A DNA stretch of 64,000 nucleotides, from positions 62,001 to 126,000 of the forward strand of contig MU006000.1 in NCBI GenBank assembly GCA_010093745.1. Reading direction: 5' to 3'. This DNA comes from Piedraia hortae CBS 480.64. Lineage: Eukaryota. Shown piece by piece: positions 20,333 through 32,145 of this stretch. The translations under genes were made by a program, and so were the position numbers. The notes beneath the pieces were generated by a model, which saw nothing but the letters and a program-made list of their open reading frames with translations, made no database searches and had not been told where the DNA came from. Position 1 is the stretch's first letter. Each line of letters begins with the position of its first letter.

Positions 20333-20708
20333 TGTTGGCATGAAGTCTCGTTGCTATCAGTGTACGATGCCACTGCGCGACACCTCTTACACCAGCAGCT
20401 GCACCCTAGGTTTTGTCCTCACAGAGGTTTCCCTCAGGGTCATGTCGCATGCGACATGGTGAATGCGCCCTGCTACTGTTATGAGGTGAGTCATGGAGTA
20501 AGACTGCATGCTGACAGTCTTACTGCATGTATGACCACTTGCTTATGGTCATACAATTGATGACTCTTCATACGAGGCTACGCACGGGCCTTCCAGCCCA
20601 GAATATATTCTCTGATGTTCCCTCGAAGATATACTTGTATTCACTCATAAAACACATCTCTACTTTCCATCCATCGTTCTCACTCATACATACTATCTGT
20701 CTTCGTCA
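20333..20708. mobile_element. Solo LTR (family A, copy 1), 376 bp
   Basis: TGTTGG...CGTCA termini with a perfect 5-bp TSD AAGAG (20328-20332 / 20709-20713). About 100 bp is shared with 22652-23008. Confidence 0.8.
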
Positions 20709-21944
20709 AAGAGAAAGCCCTGCGGTTTGACCAACGCTAAGGAAAACGATTTTTTTGCAAAACAGAAAAAAAAAATGCGGGTTCAATCAGTCAATATCGC
20801 GTACCCAGGCCTCTGTTAGCCTCCCAATCCCTCCCCTTCTCTCCTCTGTTTGTGACGGCTCAATGCAGACCCATTTCTTGTGTACAAACTGCTTAGGGGG
20901 CGTGGCCGGATTAATGAAACTTGGGCGTCGGCAGTCTTGGCCCACATTCGAACTCACGAACGGTGTGGTTAAATGGTTATTAGGATCTCCTGCCCAGGGG
21001 TGTTAGAAGATACATTTTACTTATCAGTGTTCGGAATATATTCTGAACATCTCGTGGTATTCATTCCGCGGACGGGTAGCATATCACGGGCTATGTTCCG
21101 CCCACACCAATCGGTGCGACCCGTGTTTCACACTCAGACGCTAATTTCCAATTATCACTGTTTCCCACGTGAAACGGTACCTCAATAGTCCTCTCTCGTC
21201 TTTGCTCTCCATACCTCTGTCTTAGCAAAAACAACCACCATCGATTCCCAGAAATCCTTTTCTATCAGCGCCTCCCAAGCAACTCCCTCCACTTCCCAAG
21301 GCTTTATCACTGTGCCTTCATCTCAACCTACCTCCGAGTCTACCTCTCAGCCTACTTCGACCATGCAGCCTCAGTTATCATTCTCGGCCTCGTCTGATTT
21401 TGCCAATTTTATCAAGGGCCCGGAGATTGCAAGGGTAGGTTTCAGATAACTATCACAAGTGCTGGTGTAACATTGTCCACAAGCAAATGGGCACAGGATT
21501 CTCCAATTTGACTAGCCACATGAAGGAGAAGCATCCTGAGTGGTCCTCGATTGCTGTCCAAAGTCGCAGCGGCACGGAGGTGTCCCTTTCCGTACTCAAG
21601 CTGAGCAAAAAAGGTGAATAATATATACCGATAGGCCAAATGGGTTGTTAACGGGTGCCATCCGCTCACATTTGTGGAGGAAGAGGAGAATTGGCTGAAT
21701 ACCAACTTAGAGCCAATTACGAGGCAGACTACGGCGAAATATGTCGAGCTGATTCGAAAAGAAACTCGTGCACGAAATCAGGGCCGTGCTGCCGGCCGGC
21801 TTTGGCTTAATTTTGATGACTGGTCAGAGCGGAGCACACATTTTGAGGCAATTTTTGCCTCTTACGACACCCAGCATGCCCAGAAGAAAATGCCTTTGCT
21901 GGCGTGCTCCGTGTTTGAGGACGAGACCACATTCGACGCCAATA

Positions 21945-22245
21945 CGTCAGAAGGATGTGGCACCCACCATGACCAGAACTGTAGATAGAAGTCGAAACTT
22001 CTCAGAGTTTTTACCTCTATAGAGGAAGTTTTCCCTGAGACGGGCCATTGTCTCGTTCATGCTTAAGGGCATGGTTCGCTGACGTTGTCCTGGCGGATGC
22101 GGTTAGACTGAGGTAGAGTGGGGAAGGTTTCGAACCTCACCTACAGAGATAGACATCTACATTCACCTTTTTGTCAAAGTTGAGTGAAAACCTTTGTCGT
22201 CGATATCCGCTCCCCTTTAGTCCTCGGAGGTTCACCCCTCCAACA
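21945..22245. mobile_element. Solo LTR (family B), 301 bp, inserted in the transposase
   Basis: CGTCAGAAGG...CCTCCAACA termini with a perfect 5-bp TSD CAATA (21940-21944 / 22246-22250). Removing it restores the frame FDAN|NHVELF. Confidence 0.8.
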
Positions 22246-22651
22246 CAATAACCACGTGGAGCTCTTCAGTCAAGCACAAACCGCGTACGAAAGGACTAAC
22301 GAAGATGTACAGTTTATGGTAGGAGATAACTGCAACACGAATATTGCGGTTGCAAAGAGAGTCGATGTTCCATTTATGGGTTGCGCCAGTCACCGGCTCA
22401 ACTTGCTGGTGTGGGACTTTCTTAAGCCATATGAAGCCATGCTCGAAAAGGTTAACACGCTGATGAAGTTCCTCAAAACCCTGAAGCAGGCCGGCAAGCT
22501 CCGGCGCTAAACAGCCCTCATGCCTGTGACGAGGAATGAGACCCGCTGAATCTCAACGTTCGAAATGCTCAAGCAGTATTTTGAGCTTGCGCCGCTTCTT
22601 GACCGCGAGGACTGAAACCTTGGTCCCAAGCTCTTGGAACCAATGGCCTAC

Positions 22652-23008
22652 TGTTGGACTCAAGCATCGCCGCTAGCGCGTATGCGGGGCACTTGCATAG
22701 CAAGTTAGCGATACCTCATACACTACCAGCTGCACCCTAGGTTTTTCCCTCAGATGTTTTCCCTCAGGGTCATGTCATATGTGACATGGTGAATGCGCCC
22801 TGCTAGTGTACGACGTGACGTCACTGGCCCACCGGTACAGAATTTTCATTCTGACGTCCCCTCATAGAGATAGTCATTTTCACACTGTCATATCGACACT
22901 AATATTGACTCAGATACATCTGCATCTGACCTGTCCCTGTATCCGCCTATCGCTTCGTTCTCTTCGGGTCGCTGCGCAATTTCACCCACGGGAGCTAAAA
23001 TCTCTACA
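22652..23008. mobile_element. Solo LTR (family A, copy 2), 357 bp, inserted in the transposase
   Basis: TGTTGG...TCTACA termini with a perfect 5-bp TSD CCTAC (22647-22651 / 23009-23013). Removing it restores the frame EPMAY|QEL. Confidence 0.85.
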
Positions 23009-23183
23009 CCTACCAGGAGCTGTGAATGCTTCTGGACAACCACCTGGACTTTTTCCACGTCGCTACCAAGCAGCTACAGAGTGAGGACCTCACTCTTGCA
23101 GACACCAACTGGATCTTTGGCAAGTTATTCAAAAGGTACTCGGAGCTGGAAAACCCGTTACGACGAAATCGTCGTAAGCGTCC

Positions 23184-23288
23184 TGTCAGAGCGAATGCCG
23201 ATCAAGTCCGAGCTCTCTGTAGTAGTTAGGTAGCGCGCCTGGAGCCATTTTCTCGTGCGACAACATAGTACCAATGCGTACCCTGACA
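23184..23288 (+). repeat. 5' LTR of the Gypsy element
   Basis: TGTCA...TGACA; aligns without gaps to 28824-28928 with 22 mismatches in 105 (hand count). Confidence 0.9.
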
Positions 23289-26200
23289 GTTTGTCGAGCC
23301 TAAAACTACACACAGTTTTGAGTTAGGTCTCAGTTAGGTTTCAGACCCTCAAACAAAGCGAACGAAACGGCAGCGCGAGGCCAAGTGTCTATGGAAGTCG
23401 AAATTGCACACCAATTCGAAACCAGTCAAGGTGGTGTTGGTGTGGCCCACAGGGCTCAAGGGCAGAGTGCGGCGCCAAACATTAGCTTTGAGCAGATGGT
23501 TGGTCAGCACGGCACAAACGGCTATGTCACCAGACAGCTCGAGCAGGAGGATGACTACGCCACTATGGAGGTTTTAAATCATGTTTGAGAAAGGAAAATG
23601 GATGCCGGCGAGCGTAAAGCATTTACTAAGAAATTTGTCCCTTGGTCGGACCAGGGCTTACACGCCAATGCCCAGGCATAGGTCTCCTTGCGCAAGCAGG
23701 TTGATGACCTTACCTCCCAGTACGACACGCTGTGGCAACGCTACAGCGACCTACAAGAGAATTTTACCAAGCTTTTCGAGTCAGTAGCGGAGATTAATGC
23801 CAGTGAGGGTACCGCACCGAATCCTCGAGTGGAAGGCCCCAAAAAGTTCAGTGGTGAAGGTGATGCTGTGGAAAAGCGTCGGGAACTCGGACAGTGGTGG
23901 TGGTGTCTGACCTACAAACTCAATGCCGAAAAAAAAGTATACAACCAAAGAACTAAGATTAAAATACGCGGTATCCCGCCTTGCTGACGGGGCATGAGCC
24001 ATGGGAAGCTCTATTGCACATGCTGTGGAGCACGATGTTCCGTTTGTTAATTGGCATCACCAAGCCTTGGCTTCGTTGTTGAAAGATATGTCACAGGTTT
24101 ACGACTCGGTAGACATGAAGAAAACAGCAAAGGCCAACCTATCCAACCTCAGGATGGGTCCAGACCAGCCTTGGCCGGAATTTTTCGCCAAAATCACGGA
24201 ATATCATTCCGAGCTCTCGTACGACACGACGGCAAAGGTGTCCCAGCTGCGCCCACGCATAAACAAGCGCCTGCAAGACGCTATCTCCTACCAAGCCAAT
24301 ACCCCACCAGACGATGATTACAAGGGTTGGGCCTGTCTCTATGCGAAACTGGACGACAGCACCCGTCGGGCAGAAAAAGCAAAAGGTCTATCCGGTTTTT
24401 TGCCCGACACCCAGGAGGTTGCCATGCCCGCCTCTGACCCTATGGAGATAAATAATCTCAATGCTGTTTTGCAGTGCACGGACGACCTACAGGTTTCGCA
24501 AGCGCAATACAATTACCGAAGAGCCAACTACCTTTCCTTTGGGTGTAGGAGCGCCGAACACAGGTGGCGACGTTGTCCCAACCGTCAAAAACCGCGTGGA
24601 AGCGATAGGGCCAGCCGCGGAGGACGTGGGGACGCTCAATGACAGTGGGGCCCGGGGCAGGGCAGGGCTGGGGAAGTTGGAATTATCATCCTCCTTTCCA
24701 GGTCCATCAGATGAGCATGTCTCCCATGCAGTTCCTCCCTTGACCAACCCCTTTTATGAGCACCCCATCCCCTCCCGCGTCCCGGCAGCTCGAGGGCATT
24801 GAAGACGTCTCAAGAAAGCATAACTTCCTCGCAAAGTCACATGGGAAAGTCAAAAAAAAAATTGCTCTGAATTAGGATTGGAACCATTACTCTTAACATC
24901 TATTGGCGCTCAACACCTATTGCTTGAACCCATAGTTCTAGGTAGAAAAAACTTAACTGTCAACTCAATGGTCGATTCAGGATGTTCCGGAATAGCCTTC
25001 ATGAGTATCACTTTTGCACAAACATCCAATCTGCAGCCGCAGAGACTCAAAGCGCCGAGACGCTTGTTGATAGCCGATAACTCCACCAGTGAAGCGGGAT
25101 ATGTTACCCACCTTGTGCAATCATGGTTCCAGATTGAAAGCCACCGCGAGTTTCTCCTTTTTCATCTCACATAGCTCGATGTTGACATCATACTAGGTCT
25201 CCCATGGGTGCATTTGCATGACCCTCGTATAGACTGGGCGAGTAACTCCGTGATATTTGACTCGTCCCACTGCTGCCTGAACTGCCTGAAGGATGGTCGG
25301 CCTTGCAAATTGGAGGGACTGTCTGAATTTGCTCACAAACGCTACCAAGCTACGATGGAGGACTGTGCGGAAGACGAGATTGGCAAACTGGACATATCGT
25401 TGCTGGACCCTGACAGCATGCTGGCGTACTGTGAATCCGACGGAGTTTACGCCCACTTTGCCACCTTGACAGAGTTATCAGAGGATTGGCTGGATCAGGA
25501 CGTCATAGCATTTCACAAATTGATCCAGGATGACATCGACAAATTCCTGGAAAAGCATTAGCGCTGCCCGTACACACCAGAAGAGCTGAAAAGGAAAATC
25601 CCTAAAAAGTACCACGGCATGCTAGAGGCTTTTTCAAAGCAAACTGCAAACAAACTGCCGCCACACCGGGCGACTGACACGAAAATTTTTTTTAAACAGG
25701 TCATGGCACCACCCTACCACAAATCGAGGCCGTTAATCACAGACGAAAATAAGGTCATCAAGGAGTGGTTGGATGATCAACTGGCCAAGGCTTTCATCAC
25801 GAGGTCGACTTCGCCTGCCGCAGCGCCGATCCTCATTGCAAGGAAACCTGGAGGCGGAGTCAGAATCTGCCATGACTACCTGAGGTTGAATGCAGCCACG
25901 ATCAAGAACCGGTTTCCCCTGCCATTGATACATGACACCTTGGCCAAGATTGGGAAAGCCAAATGGTTCACCAATCTGGACGTGATCGCGACCTTCAACA
26001 GGATTCGCATCGTGGAGAGGGAGGAATGGAAGACAGCGTTTATAACGCGATACGGCCTTTTTGAGCAGCTGGTCACCTCGTTTGGCCTGTGCAATGGCCC
26101 GTCCGTCTTCCAAAACTACATCAACCAGGCACTGCATGACATATTGGACGTGCATTGCTCTGCATACCTGGACGATGTTATCGTTTTTCGGATAATCTCG

Positions 26201-28823
26201 ATGATCATGATGAGCACGTTAATCAGGTCCTGAAAAAGCTTCTTGCGGCCGGGCTACAGATTGACGTGTACAAATGCGAGGTTCACACAACGTCAATCAG
26301 ATATACTGCTCTCATCGTGGGAAGAGACGGTATTTCCATGGACCCCGCAAAATTTCAAACAATATTGCGTGGCCAAGCCCTGATGACTGCCCCAAGAACA
26401 ACGCCAAGGAACTTCAACGCTTTTTGGGGTTTGCCAATTATTACCGGCGCTTTGTGGCAGGATACTCAAAATTAGCGAGGCCACTCACAGAGCTAACCAA
26501 GCCACAGGTAGCATGGGACTAGATTCAGGAATGTGATCAGGCGTTCCGTGCCCTCAAGCGTGCATTCACCAGCGCACCAGTCTTACAGTAATTTGATACA
26601 ACACGAACAACATTTGTCGAAACGGACGCCTCAGATTGGGCGAACGGTGGGGTACTGTCCGAGAACCATGGTACACTGCCCCCAGTGGCATTTTCCTCCT
26701 CCAAGCACTCTGCTCAAGAGTGTAATTACGATGTATACGACAAGGAGCTTTTGGCAATTGTGAAAGCCTTAGAAGAGTGGCGACCAAAACTCCAGGGTTT
26801 GGACTAGTTCAACATCGTTACCAGTCATAAAGATTTGGAGTTTTTCAATGACCGCGAAGCGACTTAAAAAAAGGCAAGCTCGATGGGTAGAGTTTTGGTC
26901 AAGCTTCAATTTTACAAATGCACATAGACCTGAAAGGCACTGTGAACAACCGGACGTGCTCAGCCGGATGCCGGATACGAGGTCCGTAGATGCTAACGAC
27001 GCCGCCTGTGTCACCGTGAGCAACAACTCCTGCCATACAGCAAACTGGCCCCAGGCATGAAGCCACTAGACACAACTTCAAATGCCATGAAAGTCGTCTT
27101 GGTAGACACGCTGAGCAGCGCCGTCAAGCCCATCGATGAGCTGATCACAGAAGCATACGCTAAGTCCCCAATTGTAGTTTGTATGATGAAAGCAATACAG
27201 GAAGGAAAGTGAAACTGGCCGAGAAGCATCCGCAGGGACTTGCAGAGGGTGTCAATTAAGAAATGCAGGATTGTGCGCGACAAGATCTATCTCGATGGCA
27301 GATTGTTCATCCCTAAGGACGACGAAACAGTACTTCGAATTCTCCACCGAAACCACATGCTAGGATTGACAGGCCATCCCGGCCAGACCAAAACTTTGGA
27401 TCTCGTCAGACGGAATTATATTTGGCCACGAATGCACCAGGACGTTGCACACTTTGTGCGAAACTGCAACACATGTCGACGATCAAAGGCGTCAAGGAGG
27501 GCTCCTTTCGGGCTCCTACAACCGCTACCAGTACTTTTGGGTAAATGGGAGGACATTTCCATCGATTATGTCACAAATTTGCCTGACTTCAAGCGGAATA
27601 AATCAAGTCTACAAGCACATCTTGGCCGTGGTAGAACGATTGGCGAAAATGCGCCATTAGATTCCCATGGAAAGCCTGGACGTTCCAGATTTGGTTGATG
27701 GATTCCTCTGGCGAGTCTGGTCCCTACATGGCACCCCATTGTCCATCTTCAGTCGTCGAGGATCTCAATTTGACTCCAGTTTTTGGGGACAGTTAAGGAA
27801 ATGACTCGGTACAACACTAACGCCTTTATCATTGCATCATCCTCAACCAGATGGGCAAACCAAAAACGCGATTGCCTATATGGAAGTCTATCTCTGATCG
27901 TATGTCAACTACCTCCAGGACGATTGGTGAGATTGGCTGCCAATGGCGGAATTCGCAGCCAACAATGCGTGCTCAGAACCCACAGGCCTGACACCTTTTT
28001 CCGCCAACCACCTTGCTCACCCAGAGTGGGAACGGAACCGCAAGGCCCGCAACCGCCACGTATGACGTTCAAACAGAGACAAGACTACTTGGCAGCGAAC
28101 GACTATGCAGAACCTGCAGCAGACGTTGGACTATCTTCAAGCGGCCTTGAGGGGGGCGCAAGAAATACAAGCCGACGCGGCAAACCGGAAACGTCTACAA
28201 TCTGATTTCAAAGAGGAAGGAAAGTTTGCATGAACACCGAGTACATTAAAACGCTTCTTCAATCCAAAAAAATTCAACGACAAGAATGAAGGACATTTCG
28301 CCATTGAAAAGGCATACGAGACGGCGTGTCGGTTGAAGGTTTCTCCAGGATATTTTTCGTCTTCCACAACTCACTGTTTACTAGGGCTTTCAACGATCCT
28401 CTGCCGGGTCAAGATCAACTCAACGAATCGCCGAAAGACGAAGGTGTCCTGGTGCATCACGATGACATGGACAAAAGTGGAGTGGAACTCGAATTCAGCC
28501 ACATAATAAAGCAGAGAGGCTGACAAAACATCAAGTGCTTGATTCAATGGAGAAATCAGGCGGCCACGTGGGAGGAAGCCAAAAATTTGAGGGGCTGTTG
28601 GGACCAACTCAAAACATTTTATCAGGAGACCCTGACCAACCGAAGCTTTTCATGTACCACGAGTACCTTCGGCTCAATGAAGCCCGGGACACTGAACGAC
28701 TCCACCCTCCAACCAATCAAATTGCAAGAATTCGAAAATCTTCAAAGCGACTTGCACCCTGAAGGAATAAAGTCTCAAGTGGTTAGTTTTCAGGTCGAAA
28801 ACAATTTATTGGATGGGGGCAAC

Positions 28824-28928
28824 TGTCACTGCTAATGCCGACAGGGTTCGTGCTTTCTGTCGTGGTTAGGTAGCGCGCCTAGAGCTATTTCCTCACGCGA
28901 AAACATAGTTCCAACGCGTACACTGGCA
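28824..28928 (+). repeat. 3' LTR of the Gypsy element
   Basis: TGTCA...TGGCA, directly after the polypurine tract. Confidence 0.9.
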
Positions 28929-30163
28929 CTCCCTTTTCGAGTCTGCCGTCACCAGGGTCCTTGACAAGGAGGAAAGCCAACTCACGATCTTGGAGAAAGA
29001 TCGCTCCGGCATTTCTCGCTTCTCCAAGTGGAAGGCCAGCGATGACGACGACGACCTATTTTGCGGTCCCACGCGCCAAAAGGAGGACAAAACCCACTCC
29101 TCGTCGGCATATGAGGATCTGAAATTCCTCCTGCCAACTTTAAATCTGGCGTAAAGGTCCTTTAGTATGGACCGCCGGATAAAAACGGATTACAGAAAAA
29201 GCATGTACAATGCGGCCTTCGAGTCCATTATGTTTTTGAGCCACAATTCGTGCTGGTGGGATGAGGGCACTGCATTAAAGATTATCAATGGAGAGTAGGT
29301 AGTAGATCAGATCATGTCCATTGCCCGATATACTGTTTGTCGTCGTATTGCAATGACTAGTATGACGTGCGATGTTCGACTGCGGCTTGAAGCGCGGGGA
29401 ATCTCTCCCAAACCGAGAATATATTTTCTTTTAGCACCAAATACTTATTGTCAAAACTCAGGGCCTACGTTATGCGGAAGGGCCCATTTTGTCCGCGGTC
29501 CGAGTCTAGTGGCACATACTCAGGCGGCATTGACTTTTCTCTACTCTTCTTCATGCGTTGTTCTCTGTCTAAATAGGGTCTACGCAGTTCTCTCGTCCAT
29601 AGTCCATTGCTTTGAGCCTCTCACCCCTGTCTCTCATCAATTCCTCGACCTCGACCCCTCGTCCTTAGCCTCGTGTCGTGATACTTATATTTCGTTATAG
29701 GTCACGTGAGATGGGGAATGTATAAGAAAAAAAAAATTCTAACACCTCTGTTCCTGCCCCATCCGGTTACTAACCCACTTTGACACTTGAGAGGTGGGGT
29801 ATATATACATACCCTGCTCGGTGGGGCAGCCGGGGATTAGCTGACACGGCTGTCTGTAAAGAGATGAATTTGGGGAAAGTGGGATGAAGACTGGTGTGGC
29901 TGCGGGCTCATTTGATCTCCGCTACAACGACGAGGGTGAGATGTTCATGGCTTGAACCTATTGTCGAACCATTGCCATTACTGCGCGTCTTAAAATTTTG
30001 CCGCTGTCGCGGATATTCATACAACATCATAGGCATCTACCGTATGCATGGCAGTAGATCCCACTGGAATGATGCAGTATCGTGCATTGTCAACTCAGGT
30101 AATTTGTAATACGGATCCGTCGGAAAGTATCTTATGAGAACTCATGATGAAGCAGCGACGACT

Positions 30164-30886
30164 CTAAAACGGCATCCCTGCCGCTCTTGTATTCTTAACC
30201 AGTCGCCTTCTCAATTCATCTTTCCCCTCTCGTTTCCTTACTATGTTTTTCCTTTTTTCAAAAATCCTCCTCGCGGTATCGACATCCTCCTTTCTTTCGG
30301 GCAAGATATCCATATCAGTGCCCAATTTGTCTTTAATTGCCTCCTTTTCTCTCTCTTTCTCAAGCAATCTCTTCTTTTCAGCCCTAAAGTCTTCTCTTAA
30401 GGCTTTGTTCACCCTCCACGGGCTCTCCCATCGTCTTTTCTGGAACGAAAGCAATTGATTCAGTCTTTCCTTATCGTCCTTTTCCCTAGCCTGATTCTCC
30501 AGATCTGCAAATGCCCCCTTGGGTTTTTCCTCTTCAGGGTGTGCAGCAGCCCTCGCTTTTCCTCCTTCAAAAGCAACATAACCGGCATTTGCTGGATCCG
30601 TCCTGATTTCTATGAACTTCCCGCAAATGGTGTGTTTAACCCGAAATCCCCATACAGGAAGAGAGAGATAAGATCCGACGCGGGATTTAACGGCATTGAA
30701 CCGCGTGCCTCGCGCGACGAGTGTGGGTTGCGAACAACCGTCGCACCATACATCAAATGGCATTTCAAAGCGCACCGTCTGTGTTCCATCAGGCCGCAGC
30801 GAGCCTGGTGGGCGGCGTCCCCTGAGGCTGTTCGCAGAAATAGTGCCCTCGAGGTCGGGAGGAACGTATCTGTTTACGTTTTGCAT
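30164..30886 (-). CDS. Saf4/Yju2 (CWC16/CCDC130-like) splicing factor
   Basis: RYVPPD, TVRFEMPFDVWCDGC, GTRFNAVK..VG.Y, IEIRTDP.N..Y. Confidence 0.88.
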   Translation of the reverse strand: MQNVNRYVPPDLEGTISANSLRGRRPPGSLRPDGTQTVRFEMPFDVWCDGCSQPTLVARGTRFNAVKSRVGSYLSLPVWGFRVKHTICGKFIEIRTDPANAGYVAFEGGKARAAAHPEEEKPKGAFADLENQAREKDDKERLNQLLSFQKRRWESPWRVNKALREDFRAEKKRLLEKEREKEAIKDKLGTDMDILPERKEDVDTARRIFEKRKNIVRKREGKDELRRRLVKNTRAAGMPF

Positions 30887-32145
30887 GGTCGTTACCTTTG
30901 GCTTGAATAGTAGACGGTTGTAGAGGTGTGCAGTCGTCTTTGGTCAGCTGCTCTTGCAACAGAGATGTCGGATGGCAGAATTCAAATGTTTAGCTCGGCG
31001 CGTCCCGCTTGGACTTGGCGATTTGATAGTATCGATTACGAGTGGAGGTGATGGTGAGTTCCGAATGGGGTGTTATGTTTCTGGTGTGGCCTTCTGGCTT
31101 TTGTAAAACGAGACGCGAGATCAGGTCGTTGGAAACTAGGGCACGTAATCGAGAAAGATCATGTAAAGATGGAGGCGAATAGTGTGGTCGAGTAATCCCT
31201 GTCAGTCATGATGCAGGGAACAATCTGGAAGAATGACGTAGGCAAACATGACTCGCTAGTGCGAACACCTCTTTTAATTCAGATTCTCCGCTCCTCTCCT
31301 TTTTTTTCTTCTTCAGCTCTCTTTGACTCTTGGCTTAGATCGAGTAAGTATTCTGTTCTTTTCAGCTTGATCTCTGAAACGTCTCTACGGAGGCTTTTCC
31401 TGATTATGCACATTTTTGGAACGTGTCTCTGCGACTGCTGAACATGCTCATGTCCAGGACACAATGTCGCTGGTATCGCACCGCCTCCGGCTGAAGTGAA
31501 CTGCCTTTCATCAGCTCCTGGCACTGGGCTGGCAGTTGGAGATGGGCAGGATGTGGCTGTCTTTTTCCACCTGCATAGAAAGATAAGCTGCGGTGCAACG
31601 TCAGTGAAGTCTATCTTTAATCTGTGACATAGCAAGATAAGAACCCTTGTCTACGTAGGTGTTTATTACTTGGCCAAGCGACTACTACAAGAGGGCGGGT
31701 GCGAGAATCACCACGTATAATAGGCTGAGGCATGAGTCCAAATGCAGAAAAGTTGCGTGTTCGGATCCTGGTTGGCTGAAACGCAGGAATGTGAGAAGGT
31801 GCGGTCCGGTCCGGGAATGACAGCTGACGAAGCTTCAGCTTTGCGCACCAATCAGATGGCGCGACTGCCGGCAGTCGGACGCCGACGAGTGGCGGAATGA
31901 ATGTTGGTTGAGACAAGGGTCGACCCGCAGGATTTAACAGTCGACTAGATTGACAAAAACATACACCAACCCCTTTGTCGTCGACAAGCCTTGCGTGAGT
32001 TCGCACTAACCCTTGGGCCCCACATCCGCTCTCAACCCATCGTTGTTCCCCGAAATTCGTCGTTCCCCCGGTTGCCCCCTCGTCGACCATGATTTGAACC
32101 CCCGTCCGTCCCTCGCTACGTTCACCCTCGTTCTTGCAACCGACG

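Larger units (their letters stand above)
23184..28928 (+). mobile_element. Full-length degenerate Ty3/Gypsy chromovirus, 5745 bp
   Basis: 105-bp LTR pair; gag with a decayed CCHC knuckle (FGCRSAEHRWRRC); protease VDSGC; RT RKPGGGVRIC...YLDD; RNase H ETDASD...YDKELLAIV; integrase GHPG...CNTC; chromodomain LIQW...ATWEEAKNL; PPT GGATGGGGG (28811-28819). Many stops and frameshifts. Confidence 0.95.
21363..29298 (+). pseudogene. hAT transposase, split into four pieces with stops and frameshifts
   Basis: BED-like finger (YHKCWC...TGFSNLTSHMKEKHP), FGLI-FDDWS, VGDNCNTN, GCASHRLNL, TRNETR*, TKQLQSEDLTLAD, FESAV, and C-terminal dimerisation region YEDLKFLLPT...*RSFS...FESIMFL..N...WD. Confidence 0.85.
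20995..29750 (+). mobile_element. Degenerate hAT DNA transposon carrying nested LTR elements
   Basis: 14-bp TIRs CAGGGGTGTTAGAA / TTCTAACACCTCTG and an 8-bp TSD CTCCTGCC (20987-20994) / TTCCTGCC (29751-29758). Internal transposase fragments are collinear. Confidence 0.88.

Noticed and set aside
20376..22805. The two family A LTR copies as the ends of one retroelement
   Set aside because: Each copy has its own distinct TSD (AAGAG vs CCTAC) and the intervening DNA is hAT sequence, so they are independent solo LTRs.
29338..29683. Possible fourth solo LTR (TGTC...GATA, 346 bp) in the hAT 3' region
   Set aside because: The flanks CTGTT/CTTAT match only 3 of 5, the end is not CA, and there is no second copy in the window. 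Unresolved.
31208..31635. Short ORFs between the CWC16-like gene and OCH1
   Set aside because: No recognisable motifs or consistent splice model.
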